Assembly (NCBI GenBank): GCA_963677595.1
Contig: OY782041.1
Coordinates: 3,872,001-3,936,000, forward strand
Source: Spirochaetia bacterium
GTDB lineage: Bacteria > Spirochaetota > Spirochaetia > CAKZLE01
Reading direction: 5' to 3'
Length of the DNA: 64,000 nucleotides
The notes below the pieces were generated by a model. It was not told the origin of the DNA. It ran no database searches and saw only the letters and a list, made by a program, of their open reading frames with translations. Of the stretch, positions 19,489 through 29,716 are shown piece after piece (position 1 is the first letter of the stretch; the number at the start of each line of letters is the position of its first letter). The position numbers were made by a program, and so were the translations under genes.

Positions 19489-21561
19489 ATGAGTTTAACC
19501 AGCGCAGATATCCGTAATATTTCAATTGTTGGTCATAATGGAACTGGCAAGACCACCTTGTTGGAACATATGCTCTACTACAGTGGCATCATCTCTAAGA
19601 CCGAGTCTGTCGATTCAGGCAAGACCGTCAGTGATTACACAGATGAGGAGATCAATAGGAAGATCTCCATCCACTCCTCCCTTTCCTGTTTCGAATGGAA
19701 AGAGAAGTCATTCAATGTACTCGACACACCTGGCACCGCCGATTTCGTCGGCGAGGTCGTATCATCGTTCCGTGCCACCGAATCAGCACTGATGATCCTT
19801 GATGGGCGAGCGGGTGTGCAGATCGAGACCATCAAGCTGTGGCGTCGATTGAACAATCGAAACATGCCGAGGGTAGTCTTCATCAACAAGATGGACTTGG
19901 ACCGGGCAAGTTTCGATTCTTCGTTTGATGACCTTACCCATAAGTTCAAGAAGACCTGTGTCCCGGTCACCATCCCTGTCGGGTCCGGTGCTGAGTACCG
20001 CGGAGTCGTGAACCTCATCGAGAACAAGGCCTACCTCATCCCAGAACCCGGGGAGGCGGACGGACCGTCGGCAATTCCCGAAGACCTCACAGACCTCGTT
20101 GAGGAGTACCGTGAGCGGCTCATCGAGACGGCTGCGGAAGGTGATGACGACCTGCTCGATAAGTATTTCGAGGAAGGGACACTCACCCCTGATGAGATCA
20201 GGACCGGCCTGTTCGAGGGTCTGCGGGACAACAAGATCGTTCCCGTCCTCTGCGGGAGCGCAGAGAAGAACAACGGTATCGTCTCCCTGCTGAACTTCCT
20301 CTCCTTCGCTGCTCCCTCCCCTGACCGAATCAATGAGCGGATCAGCCTGAACGGTGAAGAACAGCTGCTCCCCGTCCATATGGACGACTCTCCCTCCCTC
20401 TTCTCATTCAAGACCACGATCGACCAGTTCTCCGGGAAACTCTCCTTCATCAAGGTCGTCACCGGGCGGATCGCCGGCGATACCGAGCTGGTCAATCCCC
20501 ATATCGGGAAGAAGGAGAAACCCGGGAAACTCTACAAGGCTGTCGGCAAGAAGCTCATCGAGACGAAGGAGCTCATCGCGGGCGAGATCGGCATCATCGC
20601 CAAGTCAAACTCCCTTGCGACGAATGAGACCTTCTGTGCGACTGACGTGAAATACACCTTCATGCCGCTTGACCTGCCGCACCCGACCTATTCACTCACG
20701 ATCAAGGCCGGCGACAAGAAATCTGAGGATAAGATGAATGCCGCCCTCCACCGTGTCACTGAAGAGGACCTCACCTTCCAGATGAGCTTCAACAAGGAGA
20801 CCAAGGAAGATGTCATCGGCGGTATGGGAGAGCTCCACCTCAACATGATCCTTGACAAGGTCATGGAGAAGAACAAGATCTCCATCACCACCGACATCCC
20901 GCAGGTAGCCTATCGTGAGACGATCACGAAATCTGCCAGTGCAGAGTATACCCACAAGAAGCAGTCAGGCGGTCACGGACAGTACGGGCGTGTCATCTTC
21001 AATGTCAAGCCGCTTCCCCGTGGTGAGTTCTACTCCTTCGAGAACCTGATCAAAGGCGGATCCGTCTCCAAGGGCTACATGCCTGGTATCGAGAAAGGTA
21101 TCCATGAGGCCATGGAAGAGGGGTTCCTCGCAGGGTTCCCGCTCGTCGATATCGGGGTCGAGATCGTAGATGGTAAGGAACACCCGGTCGACAGTTCTGA
21201 GATGGCATTCAAGCTCGCATCCAAGGGTGCCCTGAAGGCTGCCATGCAGAGTGCCGGTGCCGTGCTGCTCGAGCCGATCATGCGGCTCCATGTCTTCATC
21301 GAGGACACCTACCTCGGCGATATCCTCTCAGACCTCAGCTCCAAGCGGGGCAGAGTCCATGGGCAGGAAGATGTGGGCGGTGGTATCCAGGTGGTCGAAG
21401 CAGAGGTGCCCCAGTCCGAGATGCTCAAGTATGCCATCGACCTGAAGTCGATCACTTCAGGCACCGGTTCCTTCGAGCTCGAGTTCGACCACTACCAGAC
21501 ACTCTCGGGCAAGGCTGCCCAGGATGTCATCGACAGTGCTAAAGCACAACACGACGAATAA
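19489..21561 (+). CDS. Elongation factor G-like protein (EF-G II / FusA2 type)
   Basis: GHNGTGKTT, RKISI, DTPGT, NKMD; conserved domain IV KKQSGGHGQYG and HPVDSSEMAF; own promoter TTGACA(19425)-17-TAGGGT; AAGGAGG RBS. Confidence 0.9.
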   Translation: MSLTSADIRNISIVGHNGTGKTTLLEHMLYYSGIISKTESVDSGKTVSDYTDEEINRKISIHSSLSCFEWKEKSFNVLDTPGTADFVGEVVSSFRATESALMILDGRAGVQIETIKLWRRLNNRNMPRVVFINKMDLDRASFDSSFDDLTHKFKKTCVPVTIPVGSGAEYRGVVNLIENKAYLIPEPGEADGPSAIPEDLTDLVEEYRERLIETAAEGDDDLLDKYFEEGTLTPDEIRTGLFEGLRDNKIVPVLCGSAEKNNGIVSLLNFLSFAAPSPDRINERISLNGEEQLLPVHMDDSPSLFSFKTTIDQFSGKLSFIKVVTGRIAGDTELVNPHIGKKEKPGKLYKAVGKKLIETKELIAGEIGIIAKSNSLATNETFCATDVKYTFMPLDLPHPTYSLTIKAGDKKSEDKMNAALHRVTEEDLTFQMSFNKETKEDVIGGMGELHLNMILDKVMEKNKISITTDIPQVAYRETITKSASAEYTHKKQSGGHGQYGRVIFNVKPLPRGEFYSFENLIKGGSVSKGYMPGIEKGIHEAMEEGFLAGFPLVDIGVEIVDGKEHPVDSSEMAFKLASKGALKAAMQSAGAVLLEPIMRLHVFIEDTYLGDILSDLSSKRGRVHGQEDVGGGIQVVEAEVPQSEMLKYAIDLKSITSGTGSFELEFDHYQTLSGKAAQDVIDSAKAQHDE

Positions 21562-21584
21562 GTTCTATATATAACCAACGAACT

Positions 21585-21634
21585 GAGGCTGCAGCGACGG
21601 TAGGGATACCGGAACCTGCAGCCTCTCTTTTTTT
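21585..21634 (+). terminator. Terminator between convergent EF-G-like gene and trmB
   Basis: GAGGCTGCAG...CTGCAGCCTC followed by TCTTTTTTT. Confidence 0.75.
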
Positions 21635-22314
21635 CAGCGCCTCTCGAACCAGAGTTCCCTGATCTCATGGGATTTATCGATCCCCTTTGCCTCGAACTTG
21701 GTCTGGGGCCTCCAGGGGATATGCTCGGCATAGGTATCAGCACTGTTCTTCAGGAGCTCCTCACCGACGAGCACCTCCAGCATCTGTTCGGCGTACTCCA
21801 CCCAGTCCGTGACTGCGTAGATATAGCCGCCCTCCTTCAGCTTCGTGGCGAGCAGGTGCACGAATGCGGTATTGAGCAGTCTCCGCTTGTGGTGTTTCTT
21901 CTTCGGCCAGGGGTCTGGGAAGAAGATATGAAAGCCGTCGATGCTGCTGTCAGGGACCATGTATTTGAGTACCTCTACGGCATCGTGCTCGATGATCCTG
22001 AGGTTCTCCAACCCGTACCGCTCGATCTCGCTGAGCAGTTTCCCGATCCCGGGACGATGCACCTCGATCCCGAGGTAGTTGTTCTGCGGGAACTCTCTCG
22101 CGATCCTTGCTGTCGAGACCCCCATGCCGAAGCCGATCTCGATGATGGTCTGCCCCTCCTGAGCGAAACAGGAGGCTATATCGGTCTCTTTCCCGCTATA
22201 GGGTATGGCATAGGTATCGTACAGCCCATCGATCGCACGCTGCTGCAGCGGGCTGAGCCTGCCGCCCCGGATCACGAAACTCCTGATCTCTCTTCTCTTA
22301 CCAGTCTCTTCCAT
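21634..22314 (-). CDS. trmB: tRNA (guanine-N7)-methyltransferase
   Basis: RSFVIRGGR, IEIGFGMG, FFPDPWPKKKHHKRRL, TDWVEY, TKFE. Confidence 0.96.
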   Translation of the reverse strand: MEETGKRREIRSFVIRGGRLSPLQQRAIDGLYDTYAIPYSGKETDIASCFAQEGQTIIEIGFGMGVSTARIAREFPQNNYLGIEVHRPGIGKLLSEIERYGLENLRIIEHDAVEVLKYMVPDSSIDGFHIFFPDPWPKKKHHKRRLLNTAFVHLLATKLKEGGYIYAVTDWVEYAEQMLEVLVGEELLKNSADTYAEHIPWRPQTKFEAKGIDKSHEIRELWFERR

Positions 22315-22324
22315 TACCTCTTCC

Positions 22325-25300
22325 TTATAGGAGCCGCTGCAGCTTCTCGAGGATGAAAAGCGACTTATCCTTCAATGAGACTGCCTCGGTCTTGAGCAGC
22401 ATGATGTTCGGGGCCTTCGGGTCGATGGTGACCTGCCCGTTGCTCTCCTTGATCAGCTGCAGCACCTTCTCTATCGAAATCTCAGCAACCTTGGAGAACT
22501 CGGCTGATACGACTCCCCGGCTCTCTCTCATGGTGAATATAGACATCCTCTTGCACAGGACCTTCAGCTCCGCGATATACAGCAGGTTCGTCATATCCTC
22601 AGGCATCCTGCCGAACCGGTCCTCGAGTTCTGCCTCGAGCATCATCAGCTGCTCCGCCTCTGATATGGACGCGATCTTCTTGTAGATGTCGAACTTGACG
22701 CTCGGGTCACTGATATAGGTATCGGGGATGAAGCCCGAGTAGTCAAGGTCGAGAAAGACCTCACGGTCCTTATCGGTCGGGAGGTCCTGCAGGTCGGCTA
22801 TCGCCTCATCCAGGATCCTCAGGTACATGTCGAGCCCGACGGCAGCCATCTGCCCGTGCTGCTCACGCCCGAGCAGGTTCCCTGCCCCGCGGATCTCCAT
22901 GTCCTTCATGGCGATCTTGAACCCGGACCCGAGGTCGGTATGCTCCGAGAGGATCTTCAGCCGCTTCATGGCCACTTCCGAGAGCACATGCCTGCTCGGG
23001 TAGAGCAGGATCGCATGAGCTTCCACATTCGAGCGCCCGACACGCCCACGCAGCTGATAGAGCTGGCTGATCCCGTAGATATCAGCGCGGTCGATGATGA
23101 TGGTGTTCACGTTCGGGATGTCGATCCCGTTCTCGATGATCGTCGTCGCTACCAGGACCTGGAAGGCGCCATGGACGAAACGCCTCATCTTATCCTCGAT
23201 CTCGTCGGCATCCATCTGCCCGTGCGCGAAGTCGATTGATATCTCGGGGACGATACGGCCGAGCAGGCGTATCACCTCATCGAGCGTCCGGATACGGTTA
23301 TGGAGGAAAAAGACCTGCCCTCCCCGGGCGACCTCCTTCCTGATCGCTGCAGCGATGAGCTCCTCATCGAACTCCTCGATCGTCGTCTGGATCGGCCGTC
23401 TCTGGAACGGCGGGGTGGTGAGCAGGGACATGTCCCTGATCTTGAGCAGCGACATATAGAGGGTCCTCGGTATCGGGGTCGCCGACAGGGCGAGTGAATC
23501 GACCGCAGTACGCAGCTGCTTGATCCGCTCCTTATCCTTCACCCCGAAACGCTGCTCCTCATCGACGATCATGAGGCCTAAGTTGCTGAACTGCAGGTCT
23601 TTCTGTATGATCCGGTGCGTCCCCACGAGAATATCGATCTTGTTGGCATTGAACTGCGCGACCGTTGTCTTCTGGTGCTTCTTATCGACGAACCTTGAGA
23701 GCATGCCGACTGTTACCGGGTAGGACCCGATCCGCTCCTTGAGCGTGTCGTAATGCTGTTCGGCCAGGATCGTGGTCGGGGCGAGGAACGCCACCTGCTT
23801 ACCGGACATGACTGCCTTGAAGGCTGCCCTGATGGCGATCTCGGTCTTCCCGAACCCGACATCCCCGCAGATGAGCCGGTCCATGGTCCTGGTGCTCTCC
23901 ATGTCATCCTTGACATCCTGGATGCAGGTCAGCTGGTCGTCAGTCTCCTCATAGGGGAATGCAGCCTCGAACTCGAGCTGCCAGTCGGTATCCTTCGAGA
24001 AGGGGTATCCCGGGGTCTGCTGGCGCTTGGCGTAGAGCTCTATGAGCATCTTCGCTAAGTCCTCGGCAGACTTCCTCGCCTTGGCCTTGCGTCCTTCCCA
24101 AGACCGCCCCCCGATGGTATCGAGCCGCGGTGCCTTACCCTCGCTCCCGATATAGCGCTGTACGAGGTTGGCCTGCTCGATCGGGATGAAGATATGGTCT
24201 TCCTTGGCATACTCGATATCGATATAGTCCCGTTCCTTACCTGCGGCCTTGATCCGGTCTATCTTGGTGAACCGGCCGATACCGTAGTTGATATGGACGA
24301 CGATATCGCCGGGATTGAGGTCTATGAAGGAATCAAGGGGGCTGGTCTTGTAGTGGACATGGGCCTTCTGCACCTTCCTCCGCCTGCCGAAGATCTCATG
24401 TTCACAGATGACGATGAGCTTGCGCTCAGGCAGGGAGAAGCCGGTAGAGTACTCTTCCTCGATGACCGTGACCCGGTCATCGTGGAGCATATGTTCCAGC
24501 CGCTCCTGCTGCTGCTTGGACCCTGCCGATATGATGACCGTGTATGCTTCACCAAGCAGGGACTCCACCTCTTCGCGGAAATAGTTGATATTCCCGAAGA
24601 AGGACCGCGGCCCCCCCATCGAGAAGGCGACCGTCCCTTCCCGCTGGCCCTTGATGTCCAGGAAGTGTATGTTCTGGCCATGAGAGGCCTGCAGTGGTTC
24701 GATCTGGAGCAGGAGGTCCCTCGGCCGTATGAGCCCGGGATGGTCGTTGAACAGTGCTCCATACCCCCCCTTGCTCTCCGTGACGAAAGACTGCTCGGAG
24801 GTAAGGATGCTCGTATCCCCCATCCAGCAGAGGGTATCGGATTCTTTGATATATGCTTCAAGGGTGGCCAGTTCTGCCAAGTCGTTGGAATGGGACCCGA
24901 TGAACAGCGATACCGTATTGACTCGTTCCACGGAATCCTGGGTCAGCGGGTCGTAGAATACGATGTGGTCGATGGTATCCCATTCGATGAAGATACGTAC
25001 AGGCAGTTGGGCATCGAGGCTGTAGAGGTCGATGACCTCCCCCCTGATGCTGAACTCCCCGGGAACGGAGGTTCTCGGCACACGAAGGTAGTCCGCCTCA
25101 CCGAGCAGCCCGGCAAGCTGCTCCGGGTCTATCTCCTGCCCGACCGAGAACTCCAGGGTGTTCCCGCTGATCTCCTCAGGCTTGACCACCGGGGAGATGA
25201 AAGCACGAACGGTCGTGAGGATGATATGCCTCTCCTCGCTGGTCCTGATGGTATGAAGCACATGCTGCTGTTCATCGGTGTTCACACTCCCGTCAAGCAG

Positions 25301-25576
25301 TGTCGCATAGAGTTCTTTTCCTGTGGAGGGGAAAACAACATGTTCGCAGCCGAAGAGCCCCAGGTCGTCAGAGGCATGACGCACGCCCTCGACAGTCGGG
25401 AAGACCGCCCAGAGGTTCCCCCCTGACAGTCCTGCGATCTCGGAGAGCAGGACCGATGTCACGGGGAAATCTACCCCTTCGATGAAGGTGTCCTTACGCC
25501 TCGAGGCAAGCGAAGACAGGACCTGCTGCTGTGTCAGGTCCTCCTGGATGTATCTGCGAATAAGCTTCTTTTCCAT
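22325..25576 (-). CDS. mfd: Transcription-repair coupling factor
   Basis: [58 protein letters not shown]-terminal domain; start uncertain (25576 or 25648). Confidence 0.96.
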   Translation of the reverse strand: MEKKLIRRYIQEDLTQQQVLSSLASRRKDTFIEGVDFPVTSVLLSEIAGLSGGNLWAVFPTVEGVRHASDDLGLFGCEHVVFPSTGKELYATLLDGSVNTDEQQHVLHTIRTSEERHIILTTVRAFISPVVKPEEISGNTLEFSVGQEIDPEQLAGLLGEADYLRVPRTSVPGEFSIRGEVIDLYSLDAQLPVRIFIEWDTIDHIVFYDPLTQDSVERVNTVSLFIGSHSNDLAELATLEAYIKESDTLCWMGDTSILTSEQSFVTESKGGYGALFNDHPGLIRPRDLLLQIEPLQASHGQNIHFLDIKGQREGTVAFSMGGPRSFFGNINYFREEVESLLGEAYTVIISAGSKQQQERLEHMLHDDRVTVIEEEYSTGFSLPERKLIVICEHEIFGRRRKVQKAHVHYKTSPLDSFIDLNPGDIVVHINYGIGRFTKIDRIKAAGKERDYIDIEYAKEDHIFIPIEQANLVQRYIGSEGKAPRLDTIGGRSWEGRKAKARKSAEDLAKMLIELYAKRQQTPGYPFSKDTDWQLEFEAAFPYEETDDQLTCIQDVKDDMESTRTMDRLICGDVGFGKTEIAIRAAFKAVMSGKQVAFLAPTTILAEQHYDTLKERIGSYPVTVGMLSRFVDKKHQKTTVAQFNANKIDILVGTHRIIQKDLQFSNLGLMIVDEEQRFGVKDKERIKQLRTAVDSLALSATPIPRTLYMSLLKIRDMSLLTTPPFQRRPIQTTIEEFDEELIAAAIRKEVARGGQVFFLHNRIRTLDEVIRLLGRIVPEISIDFAHGQMDADEIEDKMRRFVHGAFQVLVATTIIENGIDIPNVNTIIIDRADIYGISQLYQLRGRVGRSNVEAHAILLYPSRHVLSEVAMKRLKILSEHTDLGSGFKIAMKDMEIRGAGNLLGREQHGQMAAVGLDMYLRILDEAIADLQDLPTDKDREVFLDLDYSGFIPDTYISDPSVKFDIYKKIASISEAEQLMMLEAELEDRFGRMPEDMTNLLYIAELKVLCKRMSIFTMRESRGVVSAEFSKVAEISIEKVLQLIKESNGQVTIDPKAPNIMLLKTEAVSLKDKSLFILEKLQRLL

Positions 25577-25683
25577 CTCTAGATGCAACCTATCACAATG
25601 CAAACCTTCATTCAATAGAATCTTGGGATAACTTGTCTCTCTCCCCATATGGACTATTCTCCCGATAACCCCGATAATACCGT

Positions 25684-26511
25684 ATGAGAGAAATGGAGAA
25701 GGACATGAGCATGAGACGAGAAGATTTCACTGCCCTGGTGGATGCTGTGCGGCACTGCGCTGACTATGCGGTCGAGGCCCAGCGGAACATCACGCGGGAC
25801 TACAAGGATGACGGGACGGTCCTGACAGCCACTGACCTCTATATAAGCGACTACCTGCTTGCAGTGATCAGGGAGCATTTCCCCGATTGCAGCGTCATCT
25901 CCGAAGAGGAGAAGACTGAGCGTCATCTGCAGGCTCCCTACACCTTCGTCATCGACCCCATCGACGGTACCGATGTCTACAGCCAGGGCTTCCCCTCCTG
26001 GTGCATCGCCGTAGGCATCATGGATGCCGGGTTCTCCCCGGTAGGATCGATCATCTCGGCACCCCGCTGGGGCGTCGGCACCATCGACGGCCTGCTGCTG
26101 ACCCTCTTCCCGGGAGATGAGCTCCCACAGCTGAACGGAGAGGTCTTCTCCATCGAGGGGAAGGATTTCTCATCCGTCAGCCAGCTTATTGTCTGTTCCG
26201 GCTCCTACAAGACGATCGACTTCTCCCGCATCTACGGGAAACTGCGGAGCTTCGGGAGCAACATCCTCCATATCCTCGCCCCGGGGATCTACAACCATAT
26301 CCAGGGTGCTGTGTTCGCCGGCTGCTACATCTGGGATATCGCAGCGGCTCATGCGATCGTGCAGTCACTCGGCCTGGAGATACGGTATCTCTCAGGTGAG
26401 CCCTTCAGCTATACCGAGGCCCTTCTCTCCCGTGACATCTTCTCAGGCTATGCACTTGTCAGCGACCCTGCAGGACTCGATATCCTGCAGGATGCCGTAC
26501 GGCTTCGATAA
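25684..26511 (+). CDS. Inositol monophosphatase family protein
   Basis: VISEE, IDPIDGT, WDIAAA motifs; start may be a few codons later. Confidence 0.88.
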   Translation: MREMEKDMSMRREDFTALVDAVRHCADYAVEAQRNITRDYKDDGTVLTATDLYISDYLLAVIREHFPDCSVISEEEKTERHLQAPYTFVIDPIDGTDVYSQGFPSWCIAVGIMDAGFSPVGSIISAPRWGVGTIDGLLLTLFPGDELPQLNGEVFSIEGKDFSSVSQLIVCSGSYKTIDFSRIYGKLRSFGSNILHILAPGIYNHIQGAVFAGCYIWDIAAAHAIVQSLGLEIRYLSGEPFSYTEALLSRDIFSGYALVSDPAGLDILQDAVRLR

Positions 26512-26531
26512 TTGTCACCAACAGTGACGTG

Positions 26532-27221
26532 TCAGTCCGTGATGACGCCTCTGTCCTTCCACTTGCGTGCGATGTAGATGAACGGGGTGTCCGCGAGCGC
26601 GACTACCCACTTGAGCAAGTAGGTAGTGACCACGATCTCTATGAGGACCGGGGTCGGGAAGACACCCATGAAAGCGATGAGGGTGAACACGACAGAATCG
26701 ATGAGCTGGCTCACCATGGTGCTCAGGTTGTTCCTGACCCAGATCTTGCCTGTTGAGGGGAACCGCTTCTTCCAGAAGTCATAGGCCCAGATATCATGGA
26801 GCTGGGAGATTCCGTAGGCTATGAGGGAGGCGATAGCGATCCGCGGCATGAGCGAGAAGATGGTGCTCATGCTCTCCTGCACGAAATCTGATTCGGCAGG
26901 GACGAAGAGCAGGGCGATGTTCATGAGGACGGTCATGATGATCAGTGAGAAGAACCCGATCCCGACAGCCTTCCTCGCCTGCTCCTTGCCGTAGTTCTCG
27001 CTGAGGATATCTGTGACGAGGAAACTCGTGGCATAGACGATGTTCCCGAGTGTTGCCTCGAACCCGAAGAGCTCGACAGTCTTCGTTACCTGTATGTTGG
27101 CGATGATCGCCGCGATCGGGACCCATATATAGAGACCGAGCTTCCCGAAGAGGCGATAACTCACCAGTATCGCCGCGAAGTTCAAGACCAGCATGAGAAG
27201 CCATAACCATTCATTCATCAT
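26532..27221 (-). CDS. Queuosine precursor transporter (VUT/YhhQ family)
   Basis: Six TM segments; FLVTDILSENYGKEQARKAV, IWVRNNLSTMVSQLIDS, ADTPFIY. Confidence 0.9.
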   Translation of the reverse strand: MMNEWLWLLMLVLNFAAILVSYRLFGKLGLYIWVPIAAIIANIQVTKTVELFGFEATLGNIVYATSFLVTDILSENYGKEQARKAVGIGFFSLIIMTVLMNIALLFVPAESDFVQESMSTIFSLMPRIAIASLIAYGISQLHDIWAYDFWKKRFPSTGKIWVRNNLSTMVSQLIDSVVFTLIAFMGVFPTPVLIEIVVTTYLLKWVVALADTPFIYIARKWKDRGVITD

Positions 27222-27736
27222 TGTTGTTGTACCCCACTATTTCTGCGTTCAGGTTCCACGATCTCGACAGACTCGAACGGTAGGCCGAAGGTACGGCATA
27301 CCCGGACGAGCAGCTCGTTCCGCACTACCAGCAGGAGCTGACCCGTATACTGCCGCAGAACCAAATTCAGGACATCATAATATCCTTTCCGCTCCAGTTC
27401 AAGATGCCCGATCTCATCTATGGCCAGAATCTCGTCAGAAAGCCCTGATTCTATCTCCCCGGCAGCCCATCCCATGACCGCGGGGTCCATCCAGAACCTG
27501 CCCACCGGCTGCCAGCCTGCATGCCCTGCACTATCCATGAGCAGCCGGTGTTCACCTCTCTTGATGGATGTGAGGGAGAACCCGCTCTTCCGGCTCCCCG
27601 TACCATCATAGATCCCGTCAGCGATGATCCCGGAGACTGATGTCGATTCAGGAAGGTCAGCGAGCATCTGCCGGAGCATGGTGGTCTTGCCGCAGTTTAT
27701 CTCGCCGGTTATGATTCTTATACTCAAATTATCCAT
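27218..27736 (-). CDS. Nucleoside-triphosphatase (THEP1/DUF2478-like P-loop NTPase)
   Basis: ITGEINCGKTT, VGRFWMD, AIDEIGHLE, LLVVR. Confidence 0.8.
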   Translation of the reverse strand: MDNLSIRIITGEINCGKTTMLRQMLADLPESTSVSGIIADGIYDGTGSRKSGFSLTSIKRGEHRLLMDSAGHAGWQPVGRFWMDPAVMGWAAGEIESGLSDEILAIDEIGHLELERKGYYDVLNLVLRQYTGQLLLVVRNELLVRVCRTFGLPFESVEIVEPERRNSGVQQQ

Positions 27737-27784
27737 GGAACCATGGTATCATGATAGGAGAGAAACGACTACAGGAGGAAACAG

Positions 27785-27955
27785 ATGGCTGAAAAAGAAC
27801 GACCGGCTATGGAACTGCTCATTGACCAGAAGGGGCTTCCCCTCAATCCCTTCGTCGAGGACCTGCTCATGAACCTCAACATCACCTTCATCGATACGCT
27901 GAAGAAGACAGAGGGCTGGGAGGAGCTGGTCCTGACGATCCGTCGACCCCGCTAG
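27785..27955 (+). CDS. Small protein (56 aa) missing from ORF track
   Basis: MAEKERPAMELLIDQKGLPLNPFVEDLLMNLNITFIDTLKKTEGWEELVLTIRRPR; AGGAGG RBS; host-like codon usage; TGG-TATCAT extended -10 at 27744-27752. Confidence 0.75.
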   Translation: MAEKERPAMELLIDQKGLPLNPFVEDLLMNLNITFIDTLKKTEGWEELVLTIRRPR

Positions 27956-28599
27956 AGGAAACTCTGCAGCACCTCATAGGCATTGTTCGAGTCGCTGCGT
28001 TCTATGACGAAGGTCAACTCGTTCATGGTGGACACGATCTCATAGACATTGATATTGTTCCAGGACAGCTTCCTCACAGCCTCGTAGACCACCCCTGGTG
28101 TGTGGAGGAAGTCACCTGAGAAGATCACGGTCAAGGCGACCATGTCATCGAGCCGGTGCAGGATCTCCTCACCGGCGATGATCTCCATCAATTCGGGTAT
28201 ATACTTATCGCTGATAGCGATACTCACCTCATTGTTCCCGAGCGTGATGTTGAGGAAGTCCCCACGCTCGATCGATACGATGTGGTAGAGCTGCTTGATC
28301 TTCTCTAAGACACTCGCAGTCTTCTCCAGGTTGATATCGAAGATATTGGTCTTCATCATCAGCTCATACTGGATGACAGCTGTCTCCTTATCCTCATCGC
28401 GCCGCTTAAGCTCATCCCCGTACCGCCTGAGCGCCATGACCACGGCAGAGTGTCGAACCTCCTTACCGAGCATCTCCTCGATCTCATCGGTGATGATGTC
28501 TGCGAGGTTCCCGAAGCTCACGATCCCCCGAGACATCGACTCGATGAGGAAGGGCTTCCTGTCTATGATGCGCTTGACGCAGTTACTGATGGTATCCAT
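27952..28599 (-). CDS. HTH + ACT domain protein (family often mislabelled aspartate kinase)
   Basis: N-terminal KPFLIESMSRGIVSFGNLA...AVVMALRR and C-terminal ACT (INVYEIVSTMNELTFVI); no kinase domain. Confidence 0.75.
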   Translation of the reverse strand: MDTISNCVKRIIDRKPFLIESMSRGIVSFGNLADIITDEIEEMLGKEVRHSAVVMALRRYGDELKRRDEDKETAVIQYELMMKTNIFDINLEKTASVLEKIKQLYHIVSIERGDFLNITLGNNEVSIAISDKYIPELMEIIAGEEILHRLDDMVALTVIFSGDFLHTPGVVYEAVRKLSWNNINVYEIVSTMNELTFVIERSDSNNAYEVLQSFL

Positions 28600-28756
28600 T
28601 AATCTTCCTTGTTACTATTACAACTGATTGTTATTATATGCACAAATTGTGAATTAATCAACAGATTTCATAACTTTCTAAGGGTGGGTCGCAGCCACTA
28701 TCGAACTGGTCATATCATGTTCATGGTACTTTTATAGTGCTGAAAATATTTTATCC

Positions 28757-28800
28757 TTGACAGACCGCTAATGAATAGCTAGAATGTTCATAACGTATCA
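28757..28800 (+). promoter_or_regulatory. sigma70 promoter of transketolase operon with operator-like motif at +1
   Basis: TTGACA-17-TAGAAT, overlapped by AATGTTCATAACGTATCA (28783-28800). Confidence 0.75.
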
Positions 28801-28875
28801 TTTTAACGAATATAATGTATCGTTAATTTGAATCGAGTATAATCATATGTCAATTAATTAAGCAGGAGTAATAAA

Positions 28876-29712
28876 ATGGATAAAACCGGCATACGCAAAT
28901 TGGAGCTCCAGGCCGCTTATTGCAGAAAAGCAGTTCTGCGGATGGTCAAAGCTAATCATGCAGGTCATCTCGGTCCGGCATTCTCATGCATGGACTTCGT
29001 CACCGCAGTCTATTTTCACGCCATGAAGGTAGACCCTAAGAACCCCAAGTTGCCTGAACGGGACCGTTTCATCCTGTCTGCTGGGCATAAATGTCTTGCA
29101 CAGTATGCTGCACTCTCAGAACTGGGGTTCTTTGATGAGGCTGTCCTCGATACCTTCGGGAGCCTCGATGCGAAGATTCCCGGTCACCCTGACATGCACA
29201 AGCTTCCTGGAGTCGAAGCAAATACCGGTGCATTGGGACATGGTCTCAACCTTGCATGCGGAATGGGGCTTGCCGCCCGGCTTGATGACAACGGATCACG
29301 TGTCTTCGTCATCATGGGTGACGGTGAACTTGCAGAGGGATCTAACTGGGAAGCTGCAGCTGTTGCCGCCCATTACAAACTCGACAATATCGTCGTGATC
29401 GTGGACCAGAACAACCTCCAGATCAGCGGCCGTACCTATGATGTGATGGATTTCACACCGGTAGCAGACCATTTCACCGGTTTCGGCTGGGCTGCTCGAG
29501 AGGTCAACGGACATGATATGGGCGAGATCGTAGACGCACTTGATGCCCTTCCCTTCGAAAAAGGCAAACCCAACCTCATAGTTGCCCATACCACCAAGGG
29601 AAAGGGATGCTCATTTGCAGAAGACCAGGCTTCTTACCATTACTGGAAGACCACCGATGAGACGCTCCTGCAGGCTGAGAAAGAGATAGCAGACATAATA
29701 GAGAGGATGTAG
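28876..29712 (+). CDS. Transketolase, N-terminal (TPP-binding) subunit
   Basis: GHLGPAFS, DRFILSAGH, GHPD, TGALGHG, GDGELAEGSNWEA, TTKGKG. Confidence 0.93.
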   Translation: MDKTGIRKLELQAAYCRKAVLRMVKANHAGHLGPAFSCMDFVTAVYFHAMKVDPKNPKLPERDRFILSAGHKCLAQYAALSELGFFDEAVLDTFGSLDAKIPGHPDMHKLPGVEANTGALGHGLNLACGMGLAARLDDNGSRVFVIMGDGELAEGSNWEAAAVAAHYKLDNIVVIVDQNNLQISGRTYDVMDFTPVADHFTGFGWAAREVNGHDMGEIVDALDALPFEKGKPNLIVAHTTKGKGCSFAEDQASYHYWKTTDETLLQAEKEIADIIERM

Positions 29713-29716
29713 TGAT

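Noticed and set aside
24194-25426. 410-aa plus-strand ORF (and similar long ORFs at 11139-11987, 21667-22356, 40093-40968, 56317-57228)
   Set aside because: Each is antisense to a well-supported gene. They are shadow ORFs caused by codon bias and show no recognisable motifs.
27952-28599. Aspartate kinase
   Set aside because: Only 215 aa, with HTH-like and ACT parts and no amino-acid-kinase domain.
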